A stretch of 64,000 nucleotides of DNA, taken from NCBI GenBank assembly GCA_945787325.1, contig CALZHP010000001.1:66214-130213 (forward strand). The letters run 5' to 3'. The notes below the pieces were generated by a model. It made no database searches, was not told the origin of the DNA, and saw only the letters and a list, made by a program, of their open reading frames with translations. The position numbers and the translations under genes are program-made. Below, one piece after another: positions 48,270 through 57,246 of the stretch (its first letter is position 1; each line of letters begins with the position of its first letter). This DNA comes from an uncultured Desulfobulbaceae bacterium (GTDB lineage Bacteria > Desulfobacterota > Desulfobulbia > Desulfobulbales > BM004).

Positions 48270-48932
48270 ATGGGAACTATAGCCATTCGAAAACTAATAA
48301 TTGTACTGTTTTTTTTCTTTGCTCAATCAATCTTCCCCACTAGCTCGTACTGCGGCAATGAAATCATAATTGATGATTACTCTAATGGATTATCATCTAA
48401 ATGGACTGAAAAGAGGTTTGTCGGAAGAACAATTTATACCATTATTAATGATAGCGGTCGGACCTGTATAAAGGCTAATAGTAACGACAGTGCCTCAGGA
48501 CTCGTATACAAAATTAATTATGACCCTGCAGAATATCCTTATATTTCCTGGAGTTGGAAAACAGACAATGTGGTCAAAGGTGGCAATGGGTATATAAAAT
48601 CGGGTGATGATTATCCTGCGCGAGTTTATGTAATTTTTCCCTCTGTTTTTTTCTGGAATACAACGGTTATCAATTATATTTGGGCAAATAAAATTCCAAG
48701 AGGAAAAGCTGTTACCAGTACGTATACCTCAAACGATATTATGGTTGCCGTAGAAAGCGGTAATGAAAATACAGGCAAATGGATTTCTGAAAAAAGAAAT
48801 GTATTTGAAGATTACAAAAGATATTTTGGAAAAGAACCGGGAAAAGTAGGGGCAATCGCCATTATGACTGACTCGGATAATACTGGAGGAAGTTCATCTG
48901 CATGTTATGGCCCAATAATTATTTCTCAATAA
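48270..48932 (+). CDS. Secreted protein, probably DUF3047 family
   Basis: Signal peptide, then YPYISWSWKTDN and DDYPARVYVIF, which I recall as DUF3047-like. Not verified. Confidence 0.55.
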   Translation: MGTIAIRKLIIVLFFFFAQSIFPTSSYCGNEIIIDDYSNGLSSKWTEKRFVGRTIYTIINDSGRTCIKANSNDSASGLVYKINYDPAEYPYISWSWKTDNVVKGGNGYIKSGDDYPARVYVIFPSVFFWNTTVINYIWANKIPRGKAVTSTYTSNDIMVAVESGNENTGKWISEKRNVFEDYKRYFGKEPGKVGAIAIMTDSDNTGGSSSACYGPIIISQ

Positions 48933-49002
48933 CAATTTATAATTACATACGTTTTCAAATCACTTCAACATTATAGAACTAATAACATTTACAGACTACT
49001 GA

Positions 49003-49031
49003 TTGACATGAGTGATTGATAGTGCTATACA
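49003..49031 (+). promoter_or_regulatory. Putative sigma-70 promoter
   Basis: TTGACA (49003-49008), 17-nt spacer, TATACA (49026-49031). Lies 85 nt upstream of the SH3-protein ATG. Confidence 0.35.
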
Positions 49032-49115
49032 TTTCAGAGTTTTTCTGCAAGACCACCGATCAGTTAATAATAAATCATTACATCAATCGAATTTATAAAA
49101 TAGAGACTAATTGCC

Positions 49116-49589
49116 ATGATTAAAAACGTACTTCATCGAAAAAAAGTTGCTGCTGTTACTATATTTACTTTAGCATTATTACTTTCAACAACCTGCCTCG
49201 CTGCAGATTATGTCAGCGTGAAAAAAGATGGGGTCAACATTCGATCCGGGCCAAGTACAAAAAATGCCATCCTTTGGGAAGTGTTTGAGGGATTTCCATT
49301 AAAAGTACTGGACACGAAAGGTGAATGGACGCAGGTTGTTGACTTTGAAGGTGATAAAGGATGGATTTATGCGTCACTTCTCAATAAAGAATCAACGGTG
49401 ATCGTTAAAGTTGATACTGCAAACATGCGAAGCGGACCTGCCAAAGAAAATTCGATCATTGCAACTGTAAAAAAAGGTGTAGTTTTTAAGCCGGTCGACA
49501 AAAAAGGTAACTGGATTAAAGTAAGTTACAAAGGGGATATTTCAGGCTGGATGTATAATACTTTACTCTGGCCGAGCAATATAAAGTAA
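49116..49589 (+). CDS. Secreted protein with two bacterial SH3 domains
   Basis: Signal peptide (LLLSTTCLAA) and two repeats of the pattern V..D.(V/A)N(I/M)RSGP...N..I..V..G...K..D.KG.W..V. Confidence 0.7.
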   Translation: MIKNVLHRKKVAAVTIFTLALLLSTTCLAADYVSVKKDGVNIRSGPSTKNAILWEVFEGFPLKVLDTKGEWTQVVDFEGDKGWIYASLLNKESTVIVKVDTANMRSGPAKENSIIATVKKGVVFKPVDKKGNWIKVSYKGDISGWMYNTLLWPSNIK

Positions 49590-49600
49590 CGGTATATTTT

Positions 49601-52519
49601 TTAACTGTTTCGCACTCTTGAAAAATCAACCGGAAGCCGAACGACCTTCCCCGCCTTGTTACAGAAAAGCAGATAACGGTTTTTGATACCGTACAGATAT
49701 AAATCCCTTGTGATTTCAACATCTTTACGGCAATAGGTAGTGATGTCGTAAATACGTCCTTCCTTCCACCACTTCAGTGCATCAAGCCCGGTTGCACTTT
49801 TTTTCACTCCCAGTGTATGTTCGACAAGTCTGTCAAGACTCAGCCTGTAACCGAGTCTGTTTTTTATCTCTTCAAGAATGTCTAAGGTCGGAAGTAACGA
49901 AAGGTTAAACCCTGTGTATGCTGACAGGACCTTATTATCAAACCGCTTATTGTTAAATCCTATGACAAGTTCCAGTTGTTGAAGGTGATCAATAAGTGAC
50001 GGTATTTCATTCTCAAGAAAAACATGGTATTTGTCATCACCTGAGTCATAAAGAACAGCTACACTGATACCCATTCTCTCCGCCCGGTGCCAACCACCAA
50101 CTTCAGATGCTGACCGCTGAGTTTCCACATCAAAAACTCCAAAGCGGGCCGGATTAAAGTTTTTAATATTTTTTTGTGTTGATATTACAGGGTGAGGTGA
50201 AGGATGCCATACTGCATCATCTTGTATTACATCAATAAGCATTCCTTCCAATATGCGTTTTGCTGATTCTTTATCAATTGGCCGATTACCAGATCCACAC
50301 TTAGGTGAATGTACGCATGAAGGACATCCTAGTTCGCAGGTACATGAATTAATTGTTTCCAGCGATATCCGCATAAGCTTTTCAATTTTCTCGAAAGCTT
50401 TACGGCATAGTCCTACACCCCCCGTATAGCCGTCATAAATAAAAACAGCCGGCCCGGAAATCTGGGGATGAAAAGGGTGAGCTATGCCGCCGACATCATT
50501 TCTATCGCACATGACCAGGAGCGGAAATATTCCAATGGCAACATGTTCTAACGCATGTATTCCACCCATGAAATGAAATTTCTCACTTTCAATTTTATGC
50601 TGTATGTTCGGTGGAATCTCCAGCCACAACCCTTCCGTTTCAATAATTATAGGCGGCAGATCCAGTTTATGAGTAGACAGTAATTTATGTCCACGAGTCA
50701 AACGCTTTTGATATCCAGTAACTTTTTCTGTAACACGGAGATATCCGAATGAGGCTCTGAAATTAAATAATTGGGTACTTTCATACGTTTTAAGTATTTC
50801 AGTATGTTTTTCACCGATTGGACGCGTAAAATAGTGTGTATCTTTTCTAACGGCTGAAACTGCATGCCCCTCTAGATCAAGGTCTTTAACAAGCCACGTT
50901 TTTCCTCTATGCAAGTAAATTGCACCGGGATGACACTCTTTTATGCACCTATTCCCGTCAATTTCACCAATTACCTGGTCAGTACCATGCTTGTAAATAA
51001 CAAAACTTTGTCCTCCACCACGAAGATTTACTTCGCGGTGTGGATATTTTCGTGTCCCTGTCCAATAACTGCCATCCGCTGTCAATAAAAGGTCGGCACT
51101 GTCCGCCAGATCTTCAACGGATTTCTTTACGGCAAATCCTTTCAACATGGGATCTTTGACATTCAAAGGATGCTCAGAGACTGCACAAATCAGATGCTTT
51201 TTAGCAATTGATTTATTTGCCGGGTTCAGCACCGCATCTTCAACCTGACGTATGAAAAAATCTGTTGGATTTCTCATAAAATACTGATCAAGGCTGTCCT
51301 CCTGGCCAATAAGAACGACAAGCGAATCTCTGAGTTTTCTCCCAACCCTGCCCCCCCGTTGCCATGTAGACATTATCGTACCTGGATATCCAACAAGTAT
51401 ACAGATATCGAGATCCCCTATATCAATCCCCAGTTCGAGAGCACTTGTAGAAACAACACCCAGCAAATCGCCCTCAACAAGCTGTTTTTCTATCTGCCTG
51501 CGCTCTTCGGGAAGATAACCGGCACGATAGGTGCTAAGTGCCTGGGCAAGTTCTCCCAGCCTGCTCTTTGACCACATGGAGACCAATTCGGCAATCTTAC
51601 GTGACTGTGTATAAATAATAGTCCTCAAACCTCGTTTCATCGCTGCTTCAAGTAACAGGCAAGCTGTGTGTGCGGGGCTTTCCAGAGGATTTATAAAAAC
51701 AAAATGTCGGCTTCCAGCGGGAGCTCCTGTTTTTGATATGACATTTACTTTTCGCCCTATAAGTTTCAGGGCCAATTCATCAGGGTTACCAATTGTAGCA
51801 GAAGATAGAATAAAACAAGGATCACTGCCATATAATCTGCATATTCGTAAAAGCCTTCGTAATACCCAGGCCATATGAGTACCGAAAACTCCTCGATATG
51901 TGTGAACTTCATCTATTACTATGAATTTAAGTTGGGCAAAAAAGTGTGCCCAGCTGCTATGATACGCGAGAATGGAAAGGTGCAGCATATCTGGATTGGT
52001 AATTAGTATATGTGGTGGATTCTCCCTTAATTTCTTTCTCTTATATGCTGAAGTATCTCCATCATAAACCGCTGCTTTTGGCTGCAAAGGGGTGTTTATA
52101 AAAGCGGCAAGATCTTCAGCTGATTTAAGCTGGTCTTGGGCCAGGGCTTTGAGAGGAAACAAATAAAGGGCGTGTGAATTATAGTTGTGAAGGATCTGTT
52201 CAAAAACCGGTATATTATAAATTAAGCTTTTCCCGCTTGCTGTAGGAGTTGAAACAATTATATTGTTCCTATGCCTGGCAAGCTCAACAGCCTTAGACTG
52301 ATGGCTGTAGAGGTTTTTAATACCCAAAGATCTGAGTGCGGAAATAAGTTTTTCAGGTAAAGGAGTTTTCGTTTGAAGATATGTCGGATTTTTTTTCTTT
52401 ATGATTTCATGATGTACTATTTGTGTCGCAAAATTAGGTGAATCCTTTAATGCTGAAAGATACTCATTAACTCTAGTATCAGTAAATGAAGGCTGACTTC
52501 TTCGGTTACCTTGCTTCAA
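49601..52519 (-). CDS. MrfA/YprA-type DEAD/DEAH helicase (DUF1998 Zn module) fused to a C-terminal DEDD-type 3'-5' exonuclease (MrfB/YprB-like)
   Basis: Helicase motifs TPTASGKS, IDEVHTY and SSAT. C4 module CTCELGCPSCVHSPKCG. The last ~190 aa carry VFDVET, GFNNKRFDNKVL and YCRKDVEITRDLY (Exo I/II/III-like). Confidence 0.8.
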   Translation of the reverse strand: MKQGNRRSQPSFTDTRVNEYLSALKDSPNFATQIVHHEIIKKKNPTYLQTKTPLPEKLISALRSLGIKNLYSHQSKAVELARHRNNIIVSTPTASGKSLIYNIPVFEQILHNYNSHALYLFPLKALAQDQLKSAEDLAAFINTPLQPKAAVYDGDTSAYKRKKLRENPPHILITNPDMLHLSILAYHSSWAHFFAQLKFIVIDEVHTYRGVFGTHMAWVLRRLLRICRLYGSDPCFILSSATIGNPDELALKLIGRKVNVISKTGAPAGSRHFVFINPLESPAHTACLLLEAAMKRGLRTIIYTQSRKIAELVSMWSKSRLGELAQALSTYRAGYLPEERRQIEKQLVEGDLLGVVSTSALELGIDIGDLDICILVGYPGTIMSTWQRGGRVGRKLRDSLVVLIGQEDSLDQYFMRNPTDFFIRQVEDAVLNPANKSIAKKHLICAVSEHPLNVKDPMLKGFAVKKSVEDLADSADLLLTADGSYWTGTRKYPHREVNLRGGGQSFVIYKHGTDQVIGEIDGNRCIKECHPGAIYLHRGKTWLVKDLDLEGHAVSAVRKDTHYFTRPIGEKHTEILKTYESTQLFNFRASFGYLRVTEKVTGYQKRLTRGHKLLSTHKLDLPPIIIETEGLWLEIPPNIQHKIESEKFHFMGGIHALEHVAIGIFPLLVMCDRNDVGGIAHPFHPQISGPAVFIYDGYTGGVGLCRKAFEKIEKLMRISLETINSCTCELGCPSCVHSPKCGSGNRPIDKESAKRILEGMLIDVIQDDAVWHPSPHPVISTQKNIKNFNPARFGVFDVETQRSASEVGGWHRAERMGISVAVLYDSGDDKYHVFLENEIPSLIDHLQQLELVIGFNNKRFDNKVLSAYTGFNLSLLPTLDILEEIKNRLGYRLSLDRLVEHTLGVKKSATGLDALKWWKEGRIYDITTYCRKDVEITRDLYLYGIKNRYLLFCNKAGKVVRLPVDFSRVRNS

Positions 52520-52595
52520 CTAATACAAACCCCCATGCTCGAACTCTCAGCTGCAAACTAATAAGTTCTGCTTACCAGCAATCTTTGAAAATTTA

Positions 52596-52624
52596 TTGAC
52601 CACATGCATGTAAACCACTATAGA
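52596..52624 (+). promoter_or_regulatory. Putative sigma-70 promoter
   Basis: TTGACC (52596-52601), 17-nt spacer, TATAGA (52619-52624). Lies about 190 nt upstream of the pheA/tyrA-like ATG. Confidence 0.3.
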
Positions 52625-52812
52625 AGAGATGAATCAGAAAATGCTAATTAAGGAATATTGTTAGCCTGGATAAATATTCTTGATCTTAATCCAATATACA
52701 ATATTCCATTGAATGCAATTATACCACAGCAATTAATTGAATTTGATACTGCAGAGTACACTATTTTTTTCTGTTTATACTTGCCCGTAACAACACAAAC
52801 TAGGATTTTTTT

Positions 52813-54492
52813 ATGACAATAATAGCAACTCTTGGACCCACAGAATCACCTGCATTTCAAGCTGCACGTCATTTTGACCCTCATGCAGAATTGCAGCTTT
52901 ATCCGCTTATTTCTACAGTTATTAAATCATTTATAAATGGTAATGCGGACTTGGCAGTTATACCTGTTTACAACACCCGTGAAGGAGAAATGAAGGAATA
53001 CTTCAGGGTTATGAAAAACCTTGAGAAAGGATACTGGGTAGATAATGTAGTCCAACCAATTCAACTTTCACTGGGATCTTTGGATGAAAAACAAGATCTA
53101 TCCATGCTTGTCGGTAGAGGAGCTGATTTGCGGCAATGTGAGGAGTTTATTGCAAACAAGTTTCCTGAAATCAATATGATGACCGTCGCAGATGTAGGCA
53201 AAGCAATTGATACAATCAAGGTAAATAGCTTTTACGATCGAGGGATTATTTCAACAGAAGAAGCCCTTAAAAAACATGGCTTTTTTATTAGGGAAAGGGA
53301 AATGGCCCCCCATAACCAAACCCGTTTTGCTGTACTTGGCCCAGAACGTACCAAGCCCACCGGGTACGACGCTACGGCAATGTATACAGTGCCACTCAAG
53401 GATAGAGTTGGACTACTTTATGACATCCTGGGCGAATTTACTAGGCGTGGCATCAGTATTATGGATTTTCGCACCGAAAACGATATCAAAACCCAAGAGT
53501 TGCAAATTTATATTGAGGCTGAAGGACATTGTGACAACGAATCTTTTACTGAGGCCATAGCTTGTATTGAGGATCAGATTATTCAGGAACCTGGAGCTAT
53601 TAAACTACTCGGCAGTTTTCCAAGGGTAGATATGCGCACTAAGAATATCCAATCATTTGGATTTATTGGCACGGGAGACATGAGCAAGTGGTTCGCTGAA
53701 AAATTGAAAAACGAAGGGTACAGTTCACTGATTTCCGGCAGGTCAACTGAACTCTCCCCAGAGGAAATGATTCCACAGGTAGATGTCGTTGCCATTTGTG
53801 TACCTATAAGTGCGACCCCATCAGTTATTGAAAAATACGCACCACTGTTGAAAGACGGACAAGCGCTCGTTCTTTTGGCCGGTGAAGCTGAAAATGCGAT
53901 CAATACTGCTCTTTCAAATACAAGTCACAGTGTAGAAGTAATGCTGGTGCATAATTTATGGGGTCCTCAAGCAATCAACATGAAAGATAAAAATGTTTCA
54001 GTAGTCCGAACTGCACGCAGCGGGATTTTGTGCAGCGAATTTGAGGCATTCATGTACAAACATGGTGCTGATATCAACCATGATACTCCTAAACAGCATG
54101 ACCTGCTCATGGGGGTGGGTCAAAAGCTGCCAACAACAATTTCGATTGCACTTGCAATGACCCTAAGGGACCTCAGCATCCCATATAATGAAATTGGCAG
54201 CCACTCCACGTTAACATCATTATATGGTATATTGGCAATGGCACGGATTCATACTCAGAATCCGAGAACATATGCCGAAATTATTTCAACCATGGGAGAT
54301 GGCAGAAAAATAGTGAAAAGTTTTGCTGAAAATCTTATCACGATCACTGAGTTGGCTAATGAATGTAAAATTGATAAAATTTGTGAAATAATTACGAATA
54401 ATAAAGATTATCTGACACCTGATTTTCTAGATTCCCGCATGCAGCAATCGCTTGCTGTAGATGAAACGCTAGGAAAAGTCATAAGAAGATAG
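52813..54492 (+). CDS. Fusion protein: prephenate dehydratase + ACT domain + prephenate/arogenate dehydrogenase-like domain
   Basis: PDT domain (IATLGPTESPAFQAA, NQTRFAVLG). ACT domain (TAMYTVPLKDRVGLLYDILGEFTRRGISIMDFRTEN). Then a Rossmann FGFIGTGDMSKWFAEKL followed by a TyrA-like helical domain. Confidence 0.75.
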   Translation: MTIIATLGPTESPAFQAARHFDPHAELQLYPLISTVIKSFINGNADLAVIPVYNTREGEMKEYFRVMKNLEKGYWVDNVVQPIQLSLGSLDEKQDLSMLVGRGADLRQCEEFIANKFPEINMMTVADVGKAIDTIKVNSFYDRGIISTEEALKKHGFFIREREMAPHNQTRFAVLGPERTKPTGYDATAMYTVPLKDRVGLLYDILGEFTRRGISIMDFRTENDIKTQELQIYIEAEGHCDNESFTEAIACIEDQIIQEPGAIKLLGSFPRVDMRTKNIQSFGFIGTGDMSKWFAEKLKNEGYSSLISGRSTELSPEEMIPQVDVVAICVPISATPSVIEKYAPLLKDGQALVLLAGEAENAINTALSNTSHSVEVMLVHNLWGPQAINMKDKNVSVVRTARSGILCSEFEAFMYKHGADINHDTPKQHDLLMGVGQKLPTTISIALAMTLRDLSIPYNEIGSHSTLTSLYGILAMARIHTQNPRTYAEIISTMGDGRKIVKSFAENLITITELANECKIDKICEIITNNKDYLTPDFLDSRMQQSLAVDETLGKVIRR

Positions 54493-54611
54493 TCAGTAAT
54501 TTGCTCTAAGATGGTTATCTAAATCAACTTTAACTACCTGATACAATAATTGACTTTTATCCTTATATGATTACTTTGCTGTTAATTGAGTTTTAATGTA
54601 TGGACAATCAC

Positions 54612-54650
54612 ATGAGTGTGAGCACTTTTACAAACACTCATATTTTTATT
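54612..54650 (+). terminator. Rho-independent terminator candidate
   Basis: 8-bp stem ATGAGTGT / ACACTCAT (54612-54619 / 54634-54641) with a 14-nt loop, followed by ATTTTTATT. Confidence 0.45.
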
Positions 54651-54749
54651 CCTGCAAGGAGAGTTTACTTTAAGGTTTGCATATAAACACCAAGAACAGG
54701 CGCAGATTATATCCTGCCATTTACTACTCCCCTTCCCTTAATTCAACTA

Positions 54750-55421
54750 TTGATTCGAATGGAGAACAACATGTTAAATTGTGATCTATCGTCACTTGAC
54801 GAAAAACATATCTGCCCACACTGTGAACAGGAACTTGCCTGCTGTAACGCCCCTCCTTTTCATATTGGGGATGGCTTGGGATGGGGTTCTGAATTTATGT
54901 TTATTTGCCTCAATGATAAATGTTCCCTATATGTCAATGGATGGAAACATATTGAAGAACAGTTTGGCCACATATCTTCATACCGATACATGCTCTTGCC
55001 CGGTGAAAAAAAAGGAACTCCCATGATGGTTGGTAGCAGTGATGCATTTAAGGGATGTGAGGTCGATCCAGAAGCTGTTAAATCACAAAACGAGAGATAC
55101 AAAAGAGAAAAAGAAGCTATTGCTCAGTTGGATACTTGTATTGAACAACAGAACTTGCAACCTATTCTGACTTTGATTCTTGATGAGGCTGCTGAAAAGG
55201 CCGCACGAAAACGCGCCTGTGAAATTTTATGCAAAGTCAATGATCTGAGCTGTGTAGATCCTATTCGTAATCATGAATTCAATGATTGCTCCATCGAACA
55301 GCTCGCAAATTTATCTATAAGCAAACTTCTTTCCGAAAATTTCAAAAAGGAATGCCCGTATTGTGCTGAGATAATAAAAAGCCAAGCGAAAATATGTCGA
55401 CATTGCGATAATGAGTTGTAA
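54750..55421 (+). CDS. Hypothetical protein with N- and C-terminal zinc-ribbon-like Cys pairs
   Basis: CPHCEQELACC...CLNDKC at the N-terminus and CPYCAEIIKSQAKICRHC at the C-terminus, with a helical middle. The track start is TTG. The ATG at 54771, preceded by GGAG, is more likely. Confidence 0.6.
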   Translation: MIRMENNMLNCDLSSLDEKHICPHCEQELACCNAPPFHIGDGLGWGSEFMFICLNDKCSLYVNGWKHIEEQFGHISSYRYMLLPGEKKGTPMMVGSSDAFKGCEVDPEAVKSQNERYKREKEAIAQLDTCIEQQNLQPILTLILDEAAEKAARKRACEILCKVNDLSCVDPIRNHEFNDCSIEQLANLSISKLLSENFKKECPYCAEIIKSQAKICRHCDNEL

Positions 55422-55553
55422 AAATAATTCAATCTTTATCGCGAAAATTAGACTGCACTAGGGATAAATCCAATGTTTATTCTTGCCAAATGAATATTCA
55501 TCTATTATAAGATCATCTCAATTTTTGAGCATTTCAATAAATAAAGATTGAGT

Positions 55554-55631
55554 GGTGAGCGTGGCTCAGTTGGTTAGAGCGCTGGGTTGTGGTCCCGGAG
55601 GTCGTGGGTTCGAGTCCCACCGTTCACCCCA
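55554..55631 (+). tRNA. tRNA-His (anticodon GTG) with encoded G-1
   Basis: G-GTGAGCGTGGCTCAGTTGGTTAGAGCGCTGGGTTGTGGTCCCGGAGGTCGTGGGTTCGAGTCCCACCGTTCACCCCA. Anticodon loop UUGUGGU, extra 5' G opposite C73. Confidence 0.9.
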
Positions 55632-55637
55632 ATTTTC

Positions 55638-55677
55638 AAAAAAAGGGATACGGTATTATAACCGTATCCCTTTTTTT
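55638..55677. terminator. Bidirectional rho-independent terminator
   Basis: 10-bp stem GGGATACGGT / ACCGTATCCC (55645-55654 / 55661-55670), flanked by an A-run (55638-55644) and a T-run (55671-55677). Confidence 0.65.
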
Positions 55678-55754
55678 ATGTAGCCCTGCTAATTTAAAGT
55701 TGAAACTTATCACAACATCTCAGGAGACAAAATCAGAATTCTTAAGCCTGGTAA

Positions 55755-56321
55755 TTATTTAACAACTGCTACCTTTTTCTTCTCATGGGCAACATCTGTT
55801 GTTGAAGCAGGCTCACATTCCTCTGAATCTTCTGTCTCCTCTTTAGATTCCTCTTCAATTTCATCATCTTCTTCAACACTAGAACTTGTCTTCTGGGCTT
55901 CCTTTTCAATTAATTTGACTGTATCAAGAAGCTGGTCGACACCTTCACGCAATATAGACTCTGCACCCTGAAACCAGATTAAATTGATATCGGCCCCTTC
56001 AGCAAATGCTATTCCTTTGCATGAATCTCTTAAAATGTATAGTTTCGATAAAGCGTTTTTTAAACCATTGCGTATTTCATTGGCAGATTCATCTTGTGTC
56101 TGACCAGTCTCTTTAAGGCTGCTGTCTAGCTGATCTATTCCCTGTTGCAGGATTGCTGTCGCTCCCTCAAACCAGATCCGGTTAGAATAGGATGTTTCTG
56201 TATGAAATATCCCGGTGCATGAGTCCCGCAAAACAAAAAGTTTGGAGACAATATCTTTAATTCCATCTTGAATTAACAACTTTTCACTCATTTTCTTCTC
56301 CTTGGTCATTTTTCTCGGCAC
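55755..56321 (-). CDS. Hypothetical protein with an internal ~50-aa duplication and an acidic tail
   Basis: Repeat 1 is KDIVSKLFVLRDSCTGIFHTETSYSNRIWFEGATAILQQGIDQL. Repeat 2 is KNALSKLYILRDSCKGIAFAEGADINLIWFQGAESILREGVDQL. The tail is EEDDEIEEESKEETEDSEECE. No family recognised. Confidence 0.6.
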   Translation of the reverse strand: MPRKMTKEKKMSEKLLIQDGIKDIVSKLFVLRDSCTGIFHTETSYSNRIWFEGATAILQQGIDQLDSSLKETGQTQDESANEIRNGLKNALSKLYILRDSCKGIAFAEGADINLIWFQGAESILREGVDQLLDTVKLIEKEAQKTSSSVEEDDEIEEESKEETEDSEECEPASTTDVAHEKKKVAVVK

Positions 56322-56379
56322 TGACTTATATTGGTTAGTAAAAAATTACTTCAGTTAATTTTTTTAAATACTAAATAAA

Positions 56380-56778
56380 TCAAGCAACATCTCTTAACTT
56401 TTTTGAAATTGTTGAGGCCTCAATTATCAAATTATTAACTTCTTTGTAACCAAATGGTTTAAATATCAAAAAATCCACTGCAGAACAGCCATACTTTTCT
56501 TCATAGAATTTACTTGGCAGGGTAACCATCATAGCAATAACAGTGGCCATATCTATACTCTCAATATTTTCAACAAAATCTGAAATAGAGAGTTCGGTAT
56601 TACAATGATCAAATATGAGTAAATTAAATACGTAAACGCTTAATTTTTCTATACAGTCATTCCTATCGAAAGCCAATGTCACATTACAGCCAATCTGATT
56701 CAGAATTTCAGCCATTAATGCTCTTTCAGTACTTTGGCTATCAAATAATAATACATCAAATCTGTCTTGAATTGACAA
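56380..56778 (-). CDS. Stand-alone receiver (CheY-like) domain protein
   Basis: 132 aa. Beta1 is VLLFDSQS (DS instead of DD), the phospho-acceptor context is LLIFDHCN, followed by VTLPS and FLIFKPF. Confidence 0.6.
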   Translation of the reverse strand: MSIQDRFDVLLFDSQSTERALMAEILNQIGCNVTLAFDRNDCIEKLSVYVFNLLIFDHCNTELSISDFVENIESIDMATVIAMMVTLPSKFYEEKYGCSAVDFLIFKPFGYKEVNNLIIEASTISKKLRDVA

Positions 56779-56802
56779 ATTAATTATCCTTGGTTTTATT
56801 TA

Positions 56803-57246
56803 TTAATAATAATTTTCTGAGTTTTCAGATTCCTTTTCCGGTAAATCATCAAGTTCCAGCAAACTCAAACCATCAAACTTTTTAGTCTTGTAGGACTCAA
56901 GTTCTCTGAAGTTGTTAAGTATTGATGCAATTATCTGCAACTGGTCTTTAATTATTAATAGTTTTTCCCTTGTCACTTCCTCCTTTGTACTGGAAAGTAA
57001 CAAATCTACATATCCTAGTATAATTGTGAATGGGCGACTGAATTGAAATACAATTGTCGCTGCCGTCGTCAAAGCACCTTGCAGAAGATGATTATTTATA
57101 TTTCCCCACCCGGGCCTCCTATCTTTTCCGCTTCGCCTATCGGTGCTTTTTCTTCTATCTTCCTTTATTCTTCTATTATAATTTTGACGACGCCTGTCAC
57201 CAGACACAACACTGATACTTTTCTTGTCTATATTGTCTTCCATCAA
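56803..57246 (-). CDS. Hypothetical protein: Arg-rich DRR-repeat N-terminus plus a HisKA/DHp-like helix lacking the phospho-accepting His
   Basis: N-terminus GDRRRQNYNRRIKEDRRKSTDRRSGKDRRPG. Then IVFQFSRPFTIILGYVDLLLSS, which aligns by eye to the H-box pattern (H-E-L-R-x-P-L-x-x-I-x-G-Y-x-x-L-L) without the His. No ATPase domain. Confidence 0.5.
   Translation of the reverse strand: MMEDNIDKKSISVVSGDRRRQNYNRRIKEDRRKSTDRRSGKDRRPGWGNINNHLLQGALTTAATIVFQFSRPFTIILGYVDLLLSSTKEEVTREKLLIIKDQLQIIASILNNFRELESYKTKKFDGLSLLELDDLPEKESENSENYY

Noticed and set aside
49601-52519. The DUF1998 helicase as part of a phage-defence system (DISARM/Druantia-like).
   Set aside because: No methyltransferase, PLD-nuclease, DrmB/DruA-D-like or other partner genes are nearby. 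The neighbours are an SH3 protein and an amino-acid biosynthesis gene. The fused DEDD exonuclease fits the MrfAB repair architecture better.
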